Virus record (IMG/VR): IMGVR_UViG_2667527592_000008
From: a virus
Taxonomy: Duplodnaviria; Heunggongvirae; Uroviricota; Caudoviricetes
Length of the DNA stretch: 39,041 bases
Strand: one strand, 5' to 3'
Shown: piece after piece, positions 18,996 through 26,518 of the stretch
Position numbering within the stretch: position 1 is the first letter of the stretch
Layout of the letters: every line of letters starts with the position of its first letter
Translations under genes and position numbers: made by a program
The notes under the pieces: generated by a model
Told to the model about the DNA's origin: nothing
What the model saw: the letters and a program-made list of their open reading frames with translations, nothing else
The model's database searches: none

Positions 18996-20693
18996 TTACC
19001 ATCCTCCTGAACCAAAACGCCCGCCACGGTCACGCCCGCTGCTGCGTGGGGTGTGTATCTGAAATTTTGCGCTGCGCGATACCGCCAGCGTCCACAGCAT
19101 GTGCAGACAGTCCGGGCCATCATCGTGGTCGGCTTTGGGGTAGTGGCGCAGCTGGTCAATCAGCGTCTGATGTGCCGGACTGATGCGGATCAGGCCGTTG
19201 GCCATATGCGGCTGAAGGGACTCAATACGCAGCGCTTTATCCTCCAGCGGGATGACCGGCAGCGCCGGAACCGGCACGCCCAGCGCCGCCGAACGCTCAA
19301 CCAGCACGGTACGCAGAAACTCCTGAAACTGGACGGACTCAAACGACCAGCACAGACAGTGGTATTCCCGCTGATACTTAATCACGTCTTCGATAAGTTT
19401 GTTTGGCAGACGTCGGCGGATATCGGCTTCAACCACATCCAGAATGCCGGTAAAGCGGTTAAAGCCCCCCACGAGAATGGCCGACGGGTCGCGGTTTTTG
19501 TTTTTCTTCCCGAGACTGGGGTCAACAGCACCATAAAACACCCATTCATCAAGACGGTTAACCCAGAACTTAATGCAGCCCGCAAACAGCGCATCTTCAC
19601 CGCTGACCGGGTCGTTCTGGTATTCAGAATCAAAGGTGTCATGACCGTCACGGACACGGATTTTCATCAGTGCCAGCAGGGGACGCGCCGCCCATGACAC
19701 CACCGACCCGGCGAGCATGTCGGCTTCGTTCTGTCGGTAAAGTGCCTCTGCTGCTTCCGGCTGTTTGTTGCGGATGAGTTCTTCCCACTCGTCCCACAGC
19801 TTCATATTGGCAGGCCACTGAATGACGGCCTTAAAACGGGCCGTTTTCCACATCGGGTTATTGAGTGTGCGCGACAGTACGGAGTCGTAATGCAGGATGG
19901 TTCCGATATAAATAATATCTGTTTTACCACCAGCCTCGCCCAGCGGCATCACGGTTTTGGTGAGCCAGTCATGCAGCTTGTCGCGCTGCTCCGGGTTACG
20001 CACCATCTCGTCGTTCTCGATGTCGTCGAGGATAACCAGGTCAGGACGGTACGGACCGTGGCGCAGACCACGCAGCTTTTTACCACTACCGGCAACGGTC
20101 ACCTTGATATTGTTGGCCGTGACGATGGTCCCCATACGCCAGACGCGACCCTGCCCGCACACTTCCGGGAAATCGTTTTTTAAACGGGGGTTAAATTCCA
20201 GTTCAGCCTTGATGGCTTCCAGCATCGGATAAGCCTGGTCGATACTGTCCATAATGATGACCGGATAATGCTTAATGGCCCGGATAATGGTCCACAGGGT
20301 AAACAACTGAGTCACCAGCGTGGATTTTGCTTCACCACGGGGCGCGGCGATGGCGTCGTTCTCCGGGTCCGGGCTTGCCACAACCTGTGGCAGACGGCTG
20401 AACAGGTATTTATGCAGCTCGCTTTTTGCCGGGTTGCGGACGTAGTGCGGGAAATAGTTTTCGACAAAATAATCGTAGCCCGTCACCGGGTCACAGACTG
20501 CCGCCCGGCGGGCCTGTGTGGCCTGCGGGTTTACATCGAACCCCAGACATTCAGCCTCGATGGTCTGGCGGAGGTTGGCGATGTACTCCTGCAGGCTTCT
20601 CTGAAACTCTTTAATGGAAAGTTTACGTTTTGCCACGTCACACCTGCGCTGCTTCTGCCTGCGCTTTTTCGATACGTGCGCAGGCGATATCAA
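18996..20693 (-). CDS. Terminase large subunit (Mu gp28-like)
   Basis: 565 aa ORF with ATPase-like and nuclease-like regions, followed by the portal gene. The ATG at 20693 overlaps the methyltransferase gene by 56 nt; an in-frame GTG at 20636, one base after the methyltransferase stop, is an alternative start. Confidence 0.9.
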   Translation of the reverse strand: MISPAHVSKKRRQKQRRCDVAKRKLSIKEFQRSLQEYIANLRQTIEAECLGFDVNPQATQARRAAVCDPVTGYDYFVENYFPHYVRNPAKSELHKYLFSRLPQVVASPDPENDAIAAPRGEAKSTLVTQLFTLWTIIRAIKHYPVIIMDSIDQAYPMLEAIKAELEFNPRLKNDFPEVCGQGRVWRMGTIVTANNIKVTVAGSGKKLRGLRHGPYRPDLVILDDIENDEMVRNPEQRDKLHDWLTKTVMPLGEAGGKTDIIYIGTILHYDSVLSRTLNNPMWKTARFKAVIQWPANMKLWDEWEELIRNKQPEAAEALYRQNEADMLAGSVVSWAARPLLALMKIRVRDGHDTFDSEYQNDPVSGEDALFAGCIKFWVNRLDEWVFYGAVDPSLGKKNKNRDPSAILVGGFNRFTGILDVVEADIRRRLPNKLIEDVIKYQREYHCLCWSFESVQFQEFLRTVLVERSAALGVPVPALPVIPLEDKALRIESLQPHMANGLIRISPAHQTLIDQLRHYPKADHDDGPDCLHMLWTLAVSRSAKFQIHTPRSSGRDRGGRFGSGGW

Positions 20694-21378
20694 AATACTG
20701 GTTAGTCATTTCAATGCCGGTAAACCGTCCGCCACGGGCAAGTACCGGGATGGCGGTGGTGCCGCTTCCCATAAACGGATCGAGAACGTGCGCATCCGGT
20801 GCCAGCGGTTTAACCAGCTCGGCCATCAGCTGAACCGGCTTTGCGGTCATGTGCAGTTTTTCGGACGGGACAACACGCTGCGTAATCACACCCGGGAACG
20901 GGCCACCGTGCGGACATTTGTCGAGTTTTCCGTTGCTGCCCCAGACCACATACTCGGCCTGATGCCGGAAATAGCCGGTGTGTGGCGCACGGGAAGCCTG
21001 CGTTTTATCCCAGACAACAAGACCACGCCACAGCACACCACCGGCCTGAAAAACGTCGGTCATGGTGGGAAGCTGTCGCCAGTCACTGAACACCATGACA
21101 TAACCACCGGGGCGCACAAGGCGGGCAGCCCCGGACATCCACAGGGTGCTCCAGTATGCCCAGCTGCGCTGGTCGCGGTTATCCCCGCTGAACTCGGCAT
21201 ACTGGGTGTGACCGACATACTTGTCCGAAGGGGCCATGCTGCGGTCTGATTTATGTGTGCCACCACTGCTGTAAGGCGGGTCGGTAATGACGGCATCAAA
21301 ACGTTCGGATAACGCCGGCAGCACATCAAGAACATCACCGCAATACAACGTTGCGTTACCAATAATCTGTTTTTGCAT
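20638..21378 (-). CDS. DNA methyltransferase, beta-class (probably N6-adenine; N4-cytosine not excluded)
   Basis: 246 aa with catalytic DPPY near the N-terminus and AdoMet-binding FMGSGTT near the C-terminus; the motif IV-before-I order defines beta-class amino-methyltransferases. No restriction endonuclease partner is adjacent. Confidence 0.85.
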   Translation of the reverse strand: MQKQIIGNATLYCGDVLDVLPALSERFDAVITDPPYSSGGTHKSDRSMAPSDKYVGHTQYAEFSGDNRDQRSWAYWSTLWMSGAARLVRPGGYVMVFSDWRQLPTMTDVFQAGGVLWRGLVVWDKTQASRAPHTGYFRHQAEYVVWGSNGKLDKCPHGGPFPGVITQRVVPSEKLHMTAKPVQLMAELVKPLAPDAHVLDPFMGSGTTAIPVLARGGRFTGIEMTNQYFDIACARIEKAQAEAAQV

Positions 21379-21424
21379 TACAAATCCCGAATATCAGACG
21401 GCCCGGAAAACCGGGCCGCTGTGG

Positions 21425-21925
21425 TTAACTGAAATTATCCTCAAGCTCTTTAGCGAAGCCTTCGAGCACCTCAAGAAACGGGGCATACTGTGCCGGGTGA
21501 CGCTCCTTGATGAACGCGCCGAGCCGCTGCACCACTTCCAGTGCCGTGGCGAGCCGGTCGGTTTCCGGCAGGATTTTTTTGCTGCTGGCCACCGCCTTAC
21601 TGAGACTGTCGGACAGACTCGCCAGCAGTTCGACGGACTCCTGCGGCGGGATGTCCGGGTTCTGGTTCAGCCGTTCAAGCGTCGTCTGACACTTCACCAC
21701 CAGACTGATAAGCACGGTGCGGGCGACACTTTCCAGTCCGTCACCGGCGAGCGCGTGAGCGGCCCGCAGCTTGTCCCAGTCGTCGCCGTTCTTCATCGCC
21801 TGCGTTTTCCAGCGCCGCGCGGTGTCGTGCGGCACGGCGAACTTCATGGCGACGATATCCAGCGGAAGCTGGTCAAAGATGTACCCGTTACGGACTTTGT
21901 CCCTGATATCCTGTGACCACGCCAT
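21425..21925 (-). CDS. Mu gp27-like protein (DUF1804-like; putative terminase small subunit)
   Basis: 166 aa ORF upstream of the methyltransferase and large terminase genes, in the Mu gp27 position. Confidence 0.5.
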   Translation of the reverse strand: MAWSQDIRDKVRNGYIFDQLPLDIVAMKFAVPHDTARRWKTQAMKNGDDWDKLRAAHALAGDGLESVARTVLISLVVKCQTTLERLNQNPDIPPQESVELLASLSDSLSKAVASSKKILPETDRLATALEVVQRLGAFIKERHPAQYAPFLEVLEGFAKELEDNFS

Positions 21926-22167
21926 TAAGTGTCCTTCTGAGCCTGTTCAATCCTGCGCTGAACTTCGTCGGGATTTTCAAGAACAAACACGTTTTTCCCG
22001 GTATCCAGTTCAATGACCGTGCCATCATGTGTACCGTACTGACGGTAAAAATGGGTGATGCGTTCAGCGAGCACCATGACAGCGCCAGCACCTCCTGAAC
22101 CTCTGTATTCTGTAAATCTGATAATGCTCACTGTGTCAGACCTTCGAAAAATCAGTTCTGTGAACAC
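21925..22167 (-). CDS. Hypothetical protein
   Basis: 80 aa ORF between the lipoprotein gene and the gp27-like gene, with overlapping start and stop; actual start uncertain. Confidence 0.4.
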   Translation of the reverse strand: MFTELIFRRSDTVSIIRFTEYRGSGGAGAVMVLAERITHFYRQYGTHDGTVIELDTGKNVFVLENPDEVQRRIEQAQKDT

Positions 22168-22334
22168 TGCCGGATGCCGTCAATAATCCGGCAGACCTGC
22201 GCCGCCGCGTCTAACAGCTGTCCCGTTCTGTTAATGTCTGTGCATCCCACCGGAAGCAACATCACCAGAAACAGGGCCAGAACACAGCGCGCGGCTTTAC
22301 GTGGCGTTCTGTGGGTCCAGTGCTGACGCGTCAT
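22152..22334 (-). CDS. Small lipoprotein, possible outer-membrane spanin component
   Basis: 60 aa with a hydrophobic segment followed by LLPVGC (lipobox-like); start overlaps the endolysin stop. Confidence 0.45.
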   Translation of the reverse strand: MTRQHWTHRTPRKAARCVLALFLVMLLPVGCTDINRTGQLLDAAAQVCRIIDGIRQCSQN

Positions 22335-22876
22335 ATCGCCACGCGCTCCTTCAGCCAGCCATAAACAAACGATTCGTTAGCCTCGCGTTTCTCCGCCAGT
22401 TCCAGATAGCGGTCCCCCTGCGTACAGTTCAGGGCCGTCAGCATCACCCGTTCACCGTCCTGACCGCGATTATTCAGGAAGGCGCGCAATGCACTGATGG
22501 TACGAGGCCCGATGCGTCCGTCTGCGTCCATATCCGGGTACAGCCTGCCGCGCAGATTGAACACATTCAGCCAGCGCTGAAGCATTCTGGACGCCACGGT
22601 TGGCCCCATATTCACACCGGTATCACACAGCTCTGCGGCAATATCAGGGGATAATGCGGCGACCTGGTCGAATCGCGGACCGTACCAGTAATCGGCTTCA
22701 AGGATGTCCAGCGCCTGCTCGCGGGTTAAATCGCGCATATCACCACGGTATCCGTGGGCACGGGCGACTTTTTCCGTAATGCCCCATTTGGTCGGACCGC
22801 CCTTATCATCCGGGTGATTGACATAACCACCTTCTTTGCCCAGGACTTCATCAAAAATTTTATCTTTTGATTTCAT
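22331..22876 (-). CDS. Endolysin: GH108-family lysozyme with C-terminal peptidoglycan-binding domain
   Basis: N-terminal FDEVLGKEGGYVNHPDDKGGPTKWGIT is the glycoside hydrolase 108 signature; the C-terminal half resembles PG_binding_3. Follows two small membrane-protein genes. Confidence 0.85.
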   Translation of the reverse strand: MKSKDKIFDEVLGKEGGYVNHPDDKGGPTKWGITEKVARAHGYRGDMRDLTREQALDILEADYWYGPRFDQVAALSPDIAAELCDTGVNMGPTVASRMLQRWLNVFNLRGRLYPDMDADGRIGPRTISALRAFLNNRGQDGERVMLTALNCTQGDRYLELAEKREANESFVYGWLKERVAI

Positions 22877-23162
22877 GTGGATGCCTCAGTAACGAAAGGA
22901 TTTTTGACAAATTCCCGTGCGCCCACACGATAAGCGCACAGAAAACCAGATTCAGCGCCACAACCAGCCAGCTGGAATGTGTGTACGTACCGGACAGCCA
23001 GCGGAACGGGATGATGACGTAGCCGAGCATCAGCCAGTACGCCAGCCAGGTAATCATCGGTTTATGCGCTGCACCGTGGCGGCGATACACAAACAACCCC
23101 AGCACAATGGCGAGACACAGCCAGACGTTCACGATACCGGCAAGGCTACTTTCCATTTCCAC
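22860..23162 (-). CDS. Small membrane protein with three predicted transmembrane segments (holin/antiholin candidate)
   Basis: 100 aa with three hydrophobic stretches (LAGIVNVWLCLAIVLGLFVY, MITWLAYWLMLGYVIIPF, WLVVALNLVFCALIVWAHG); immediately upstream of the endolysin gene. Confidence 0.55.
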   Translation of the reverse strand: MEMESSLAGIVNVWLCLAIVLGLFVYRRHGAAHKPMITWLAYWLMLGYVIIPFRWLSGTYTHSSWLVVALNLVFCALIVWAHGNLSKILSLLRHPHEIKR

Positions 23163-23538
23163 CCCCTCCGCCGCGCAGTCTGGAAAACAGGCCGAACAGC
23201 GATGAAATTTCCTGTTGATAAAGAAAGGTCAGTATCTTGATGGATAACGCCGAGACACCGACCGCACACAATGCATCGAGTGGCTTGTCGTTGTAGTGGG
23301 TCAGCCACTGCATCAGTGACGCAGCCACGCCAGCCCCCAGAACGCCAACCACAAACGCGACGAGCAGGTGGATAGCCATTCGCCATACCGGGATTTCTTT
23401 CTGCTGCGTGACAACAAAAAGCGCTCCGGCAAACGCGCCCACCACAACCCCGAAATCGGTATTGGTGAGAAGGCCAAACACACTGGCACCACCGATGGTG
23501 ACTGCCACAGCTCCGCCGCCTGATAAGGGTTCAGACAT
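23146..23538 (-). CDS. Small membrane protein (holin candidate), first gene of the lysis block
   Basis: Start moved to the ATG preceded by AGGAGAAA (MSEPLSGGG...); glycine/alanine-rich hydrophobic segments and a glycine-rich C-terminus. The ORF track extends to 23598. Confidence 0.55.
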   Translation of the reverse strand: MSEPLSGGGAVAVTIGGASVFGLLTNTDFGVVVGAFAGALFVVTQQKEIPVWRMAIHLLVAFVVGVLGAGVAASLMQWLTHYNDKPLDALCAVGVSALSIKILTFLYQQEISSLFGLFSRLRGGGGGNGK

Positions 23539-23674
23539 GAGTTTCTCCTGTAAATCTGAGCCACTGACGGCCCGTAAATAACACCCGGTCAAAGGCACAG
23601 AATGACTTTTGCCGGGCGCTATCCCTTAAGGTGCCTTGTGGTCTGAGTGGACAGGGTAAACGGTATGCTGTGGT

Positions 23675-23704
23675 GGGTACTGCTGGGGGTGTTCAGCACC
23701 CCCG
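23675..23704. repeat. Copy 2 of conserved palindromic element GGGTACTGCTGGGGGTGTTCAGCACCCCCG
   Basis: Directly visible; 7-bp inverted repeat GGGGGTG-TTCAG-CACCCCC. About 140 bp upstream of the first lysis gene; near-identical to the copy at 15515..15544. Confidence 0.65.
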
Positions 23705-23726
23705 GCAGGTTGATTATCTGGATGGG

Positions 23727-24014
23727 TTAAAGAGAAGCGAGTTTTAATGGTGGCTTATAACATGCCCGCGCCAGCAGGTTAGCTCTTTCCACGGCATTAC
23801 GCATTTCCCGTTCTGCGTCAATCATTCTGTTTACGGCTGACAGCACTTCATCATGATTCGTTACTGATTCCGGGCTTTGGGCCTGTTTCGCCAGGTAACT
23901 GGATAAACTGCACATTTCAGCATGTCGGCGACGGGCTGCATCCCGGGCCTTGTCTGAAAATGCGGTATATTCACCGAGTACTGCATAGTCGATATCGGTG
24001 TCAGAACGCATCAT
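23727..24014 (-). CDS. Hypothetical protein in the position of Mu C
   Basis: 95 aa ORF with a strong ribosome-binding site (AAGGAGA, seven-nucleotide spacer, ATG) immediately after the Mor-gene terminator; no recognisable helix-turn-helix. Confidence 0.5.
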   Translation of the reverse strand: MMRSDTDIDYAVLGEYTAFSDKARDAARRRHAEMCSLSSYLAKQAQSPESVTNHDEVLSAVNRMIDAEREMRNAVERANLLARACYKPPLKLASL

Positions 24015-24040
24015 TTCGTGTCTCCTTTTTTCTGAGGCCC

Positions 24041-24075
24041 ATTAATCAAAAAGCCCCACCTGGGTGGGGCTTTTC
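24041..24075 (-). terminator. Intrinsic terminator overlapping the 3' end of the Mor/C-like gene
   Basis: Minus strand reads GCCCCACC-CAGG-TGGGGC then TTTTTGATTAA, with the stop codon inside the U-tract; the plus strand also shows a T-run after the stem. Confidence 0.7.
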
Positions 24076-24509
24076 AGCGAAGTCTGTTTTTGTCGTCGGT
24101 GTATCAGTTGCCATGCGTACCGGTCTGAAATGCCGTAACGGGGACAGAGCAGTGCCAGCGCCTGCCGGTGTGAGCATCCGCCTTTTACATGCTGCTGTAA
24201 ATCAGCCATAAAACGGGTGTTACGCAGGGCACGTAACGCATGATCGCAACGGGGAATGTAAAACGGTGCGCCGCCAAGAAAACGGATCAGTTTGTTGATT
24301 TCGTCTTCGGTCAGCACGTCATGTAACAGGGCATGGACACCGCCGGTGCGTTCGGCGTGTACGCCGGTTTTACCGCTTAACGTCACGCCACCAAAAGAAC
24401 GAATCAACCGGGTCAGGGCGGGGAAGCCAATCACGCTAATCAGTTGCTGCACGGAATCGGGCAGCAGTGCCTGCGCATCGCGAAGATCTGTTTCACTGAA
24501 GGTCTGCAT
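24042..24509 (-). CDS. Mor/C-family transcriptional activator
   Basis: 155 aa; C-terminal region GGAPFYIPRCDHALRALRNTRFMADL...LCPRYGISDRYAWQLIHRRQ follows the Mor/C helix-turn-helix pattern. Located after the GemA-like gene, as Mor is in Mu. Confidence 0.8.
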   Translation of the reverse strand: MQTFSETDLRDAQALLPDSVQQLISVIGFPALTRLIRSFGGVTLSGKTGVHAERTGGVHALLHDVLTEDEINKLIRFLGGAPFYIPRCDHALRALRNTRFMADLQQHVKGGCSHRQALALLCPRYGISDRYAWQLIHRRQKQTSLKSPTQVGLFD

Positions 24510-24608
24510 GATGGCGTCTCCGGTAGTAACTTACTGTTATTATAGCCATACATGATCGCCTGTACAGACCATAAAAAACCTCCGCGTTTGCGAAGGTTTT
24601 TGTTCATA

Positions 24609-24947
24609 TTATTTTTTATTCTCGTTTATCAACACCAGGTATCCTCTGACATACTCCCATACTTTCTGGTTATCTGTTGGATGCACTTTTCGACAATCTA
24701 TGGCTTCATTTCCATAATCGCCAATGTCAGCTTGGGCTTGTGTTAAGAGAATAACCTTCCTGAGAGCGCATCCTCTGATGGTATCCTTTGAAATATCATC
24801 CCAGCCATTCATGTATGAATAAGCCAGATTACGTTGTGCCTGATAATCGCCCTGTAATGTTTTTTTGACCAAATCTTCCTCTGAATCAGAAGCATGGGAT
24901 ATCCCTGTAAAACATAAAGTCAGAATAAGTAATAACAGTTTTTTCAT
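24609..24947 (-). CDS. Secreted protein with signal peptide (AT-rich moron; loosely Sel1/TPR-like)
   Basis: 112 aa with N-terminal MKKLLLLILTLCFTGISHA signal-like segment. The gene is visibly more AT-rich than its neighbours and sits between the GemA-like and Mor-like genes. Confidence 0.6.
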   Translation of the reverse strand: MKKLLLLILTLCFTGISHASDSEEDLVKKTLQGDYQAQRNLAYSYMNGWDDISKDTIRGCALRKVILLTQAQADIGDYGNEAIDCRKVHPTDNQKVWEYVRGYLVLINENKK

Positions 24948-25339
24948 TTACGTCTCCTTGAATCTTTAACCAGCGCCACCATCACTCCAAAAAGCTGTTC
25001 ATCCGTCAGCCATTCGATCACATGTTGCTTATACATGTGAGATGCCAGTCCTTCTGCATACGCCCAAGAACGACCGGCATCAGCCAGCAACGCTTCAATT
25101 TTGGATAATACTGATTTTCTGCTCATTGCAACACGAGGGCGGCGACCTTTACCAGCGGGTGCCTTGCGCGGGAATCCCTGTTCGTGCATGTATTCCCGGA
25201 TGATGCGCAGTTCATCGAGATTGCAGCGTGTGGTGCTGGTTTTACCGGTCAGGCGGGCCAGCGTCTGGCGATAAAGGGCATCATCCCACCCCAGATACGC
25301 CTGACCAGCTTTAATGGCCCCGATCATCTTTTTCAGCAT
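24944..25339 (-). CDS. GemA-like protein (Mu gp16 / DUF1018 family)
   Basis: Start taken at MLKKMIGAIKAGQ; the pattern LARLTGKTSTTRCNLDELRIIREYMHEQGF...GRRPRV..SR...KIEALLADAGRSWAYA...HM...EWLTDEQL matches GemA/DUF1018. The ORF track extends to 25438. Confidence 0.75.
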   Translation of the reverse strand: MLKKMIGAIKAGQAYLGWDDALYRQTLARLTGKTSTTRCNLDELRIIREYMHEQGFPRKAPAGKGRRPRVAMSRKSVLSKIEALLADAGRSWAYAEGLASHMYKQHVIEWLTDEQLFGVMVALVKDSRRRK

Positions 25340-25589
25340 GTTTGTTATCCTCAAAACGCACGGTAAAACGTGAAACGCCAATCCCTGACAAGAACGCAGC
25401 GGCACGGTCAAGAGACAACCACGTCTTGTAATCGCCACGGCGTTCCTGTAGAAAATAGGACACCCCGGCGCGGCGATTCACAGCGAAGAGATGATACACA
25501 CCACCGAACCGCTGCACGACGAACTCATCCACGCCACCGCTTTCAGCCTGTTGCCGAAAGGCTGCCATTCCGATTTGTTCAATCTTCAT
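25311..25589 (-). CDS. Hypothetical early protein
   Basis: About 92 aa from the ATG at 25589 (the ORF track uses a TTG at 25598); overlaps the GemA-like start. No family recognised. Confidence 0.45.
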   Translation of the reverse strand: MKIEQIGMAAFRQQAESGGVDEFVVQRFGGVYHLFAVNRRAGVSYFLQERRGDYKTWLSLDRAAAFLSGIGVSRFTVRFEDNKHAEKDDRGH

Positions 25590-25594
25590 AATGA

Positions 25595-25634
25595 CCAAAA
25601 CACTACTTTTGGCAGACCAAAAAACATGTTTTGG
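25595..25634. promoter_or_regulatory. Two tandem CCAAAA-N6-TTTTGG palindromes (operator-like)
   Basis: CCAAAACACTACTTTTGG and CCAAAAAACATGTTTTGG with centres about 22 bp apart, just upstream of the gene starting at 25589. Confidence 0.45.
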
Positions 25635-25743
25635 CCTGCATTTGATTACTGTTTAAACAACTCGCGAAATCAGGAACGTCGAGTTTCGGTGATGGCTTTC
25701 ATCGTGTTGTTGCTCCGTGATTCAGAAAATTTCATGCCGGGCC

Positions 25744-26154
25744 TCAGTATGTGAAATAGACAGTTGCCACGCCGTTATAGTGATCAAACGACACGGCGTT
25801 TACCTCATAACTGGCCGGTAGCTTCGAGCCAAGAACGTATCCGGGCCACGTTTTCCATGGAATTTCTCTGCTCTCACTGTCGCCATATACCGTACATCCC
25901 AGTGAGCCTACAGCTTCATAAGAACGCTTACCGCACGTTATGAACCCCAGATGTTGCTTACTGCCCTTAACAGAAATCGGGAGAGCACTGGCTGATGCGT
26001 TAGCAGCGTCCCGCTCCTGTTGGCTTGCGATATTCGCAGAGTTTGCAGCAGCTACAGCAGCCGTGGTCGCAGCGGCAGATGCCACAATAACTGCTGAAGC
26101 CTGCGTATGTTGGGTAATGGTTAGCAATGCCGCCACAAAAATCATTTTCTTCAC
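25744..26154 (-). CDS. Secreted protein with signal peptide, unknown function
   Basis: 136 aa; N-terminal MKKMIFVAALLTITQHTQA followed by an Ala/Ser/Thr-rich linker and a cysteine-containing C-terminal domain. Confidence 0.55.
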   Translation of the reverse strand: MKKMIFVAALLTITQHTQASAVIVASAAATTAAVAAANSANIASQQERDAANASASALPISVKGSKQHLGFITCGKRSYEAVGSLGCTVYGDSESREIPWKTWPGYVLGSKLPASYEVNAVSFDHYNGVATVYFTY

Positions 26155-26166
26155 CTGGCACCTCCT

Positions 26167-26349
26167 TTACATACCGTGATTTTTCCAGCGGTTTTGGGCT
26201 GCGCTTCTGTTTCGCCAGACACCGTAAAAACGAATAGAGGACCACTCCCTAAAACCAAGATATCTATAGCGAACAACAAGCCGATTTGAGATACGGATAA
26301 GTTGCCCCGGCTTTGCTATCAGCAGTCTTGCCTTACGGTTTTTCATCAT
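26167..26349 (-). CDS. Small basic ORF, translationally coupled
   Basis: 60 aa ORF whose start overlaps the stop of an upstream 57-codon ORF (about 26346..26519), which in turn overlaps the stop of the 26519..27148 gene. Coding status uncertain. Confidence 0.3.
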   Translation of the reverse strand: MMKNRKARLLIAKPGQLIRISNRLVVRYRYLGFREWSSIRFYGVWRNRSAAQNRWKNHGM

Positions 26350-26518
26350 TTTGCTCTCCTGCGTTTCTTTGCTTCGCGTCGTGCAGCTGCAATACCGGTA
26401 TGGCGGCGCTTTTGTGCCGGGATGATGTTGTCAGCCATCAGGACATGTGGCTTTGCAATTAGCGCAGAAGCCCAAAAACGAGTCGGGTACGGTAACAAGC
26501 CGATACATGCCACACGCA

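Noticed and set aside
19053-21916. Several plus-strand ORFs of 200-215 aa (19053..19697, 20614..21249, 21287..21916)
   Set aside because: Each is antisense to a strongly supported minus-strand gene (terminase, methyltransferase, gp27-like) and has an arginine/histidine-rich translation typical of GC-rich shadow frames.
23675-23704. Conserved GGGTGTTCAGCACCC stem-loops as rho-independent terminators
   Set aside because: No U-tract follows the stem on either strand at any of the three copies, and two copies sit upstream of, not after, gene blocks.
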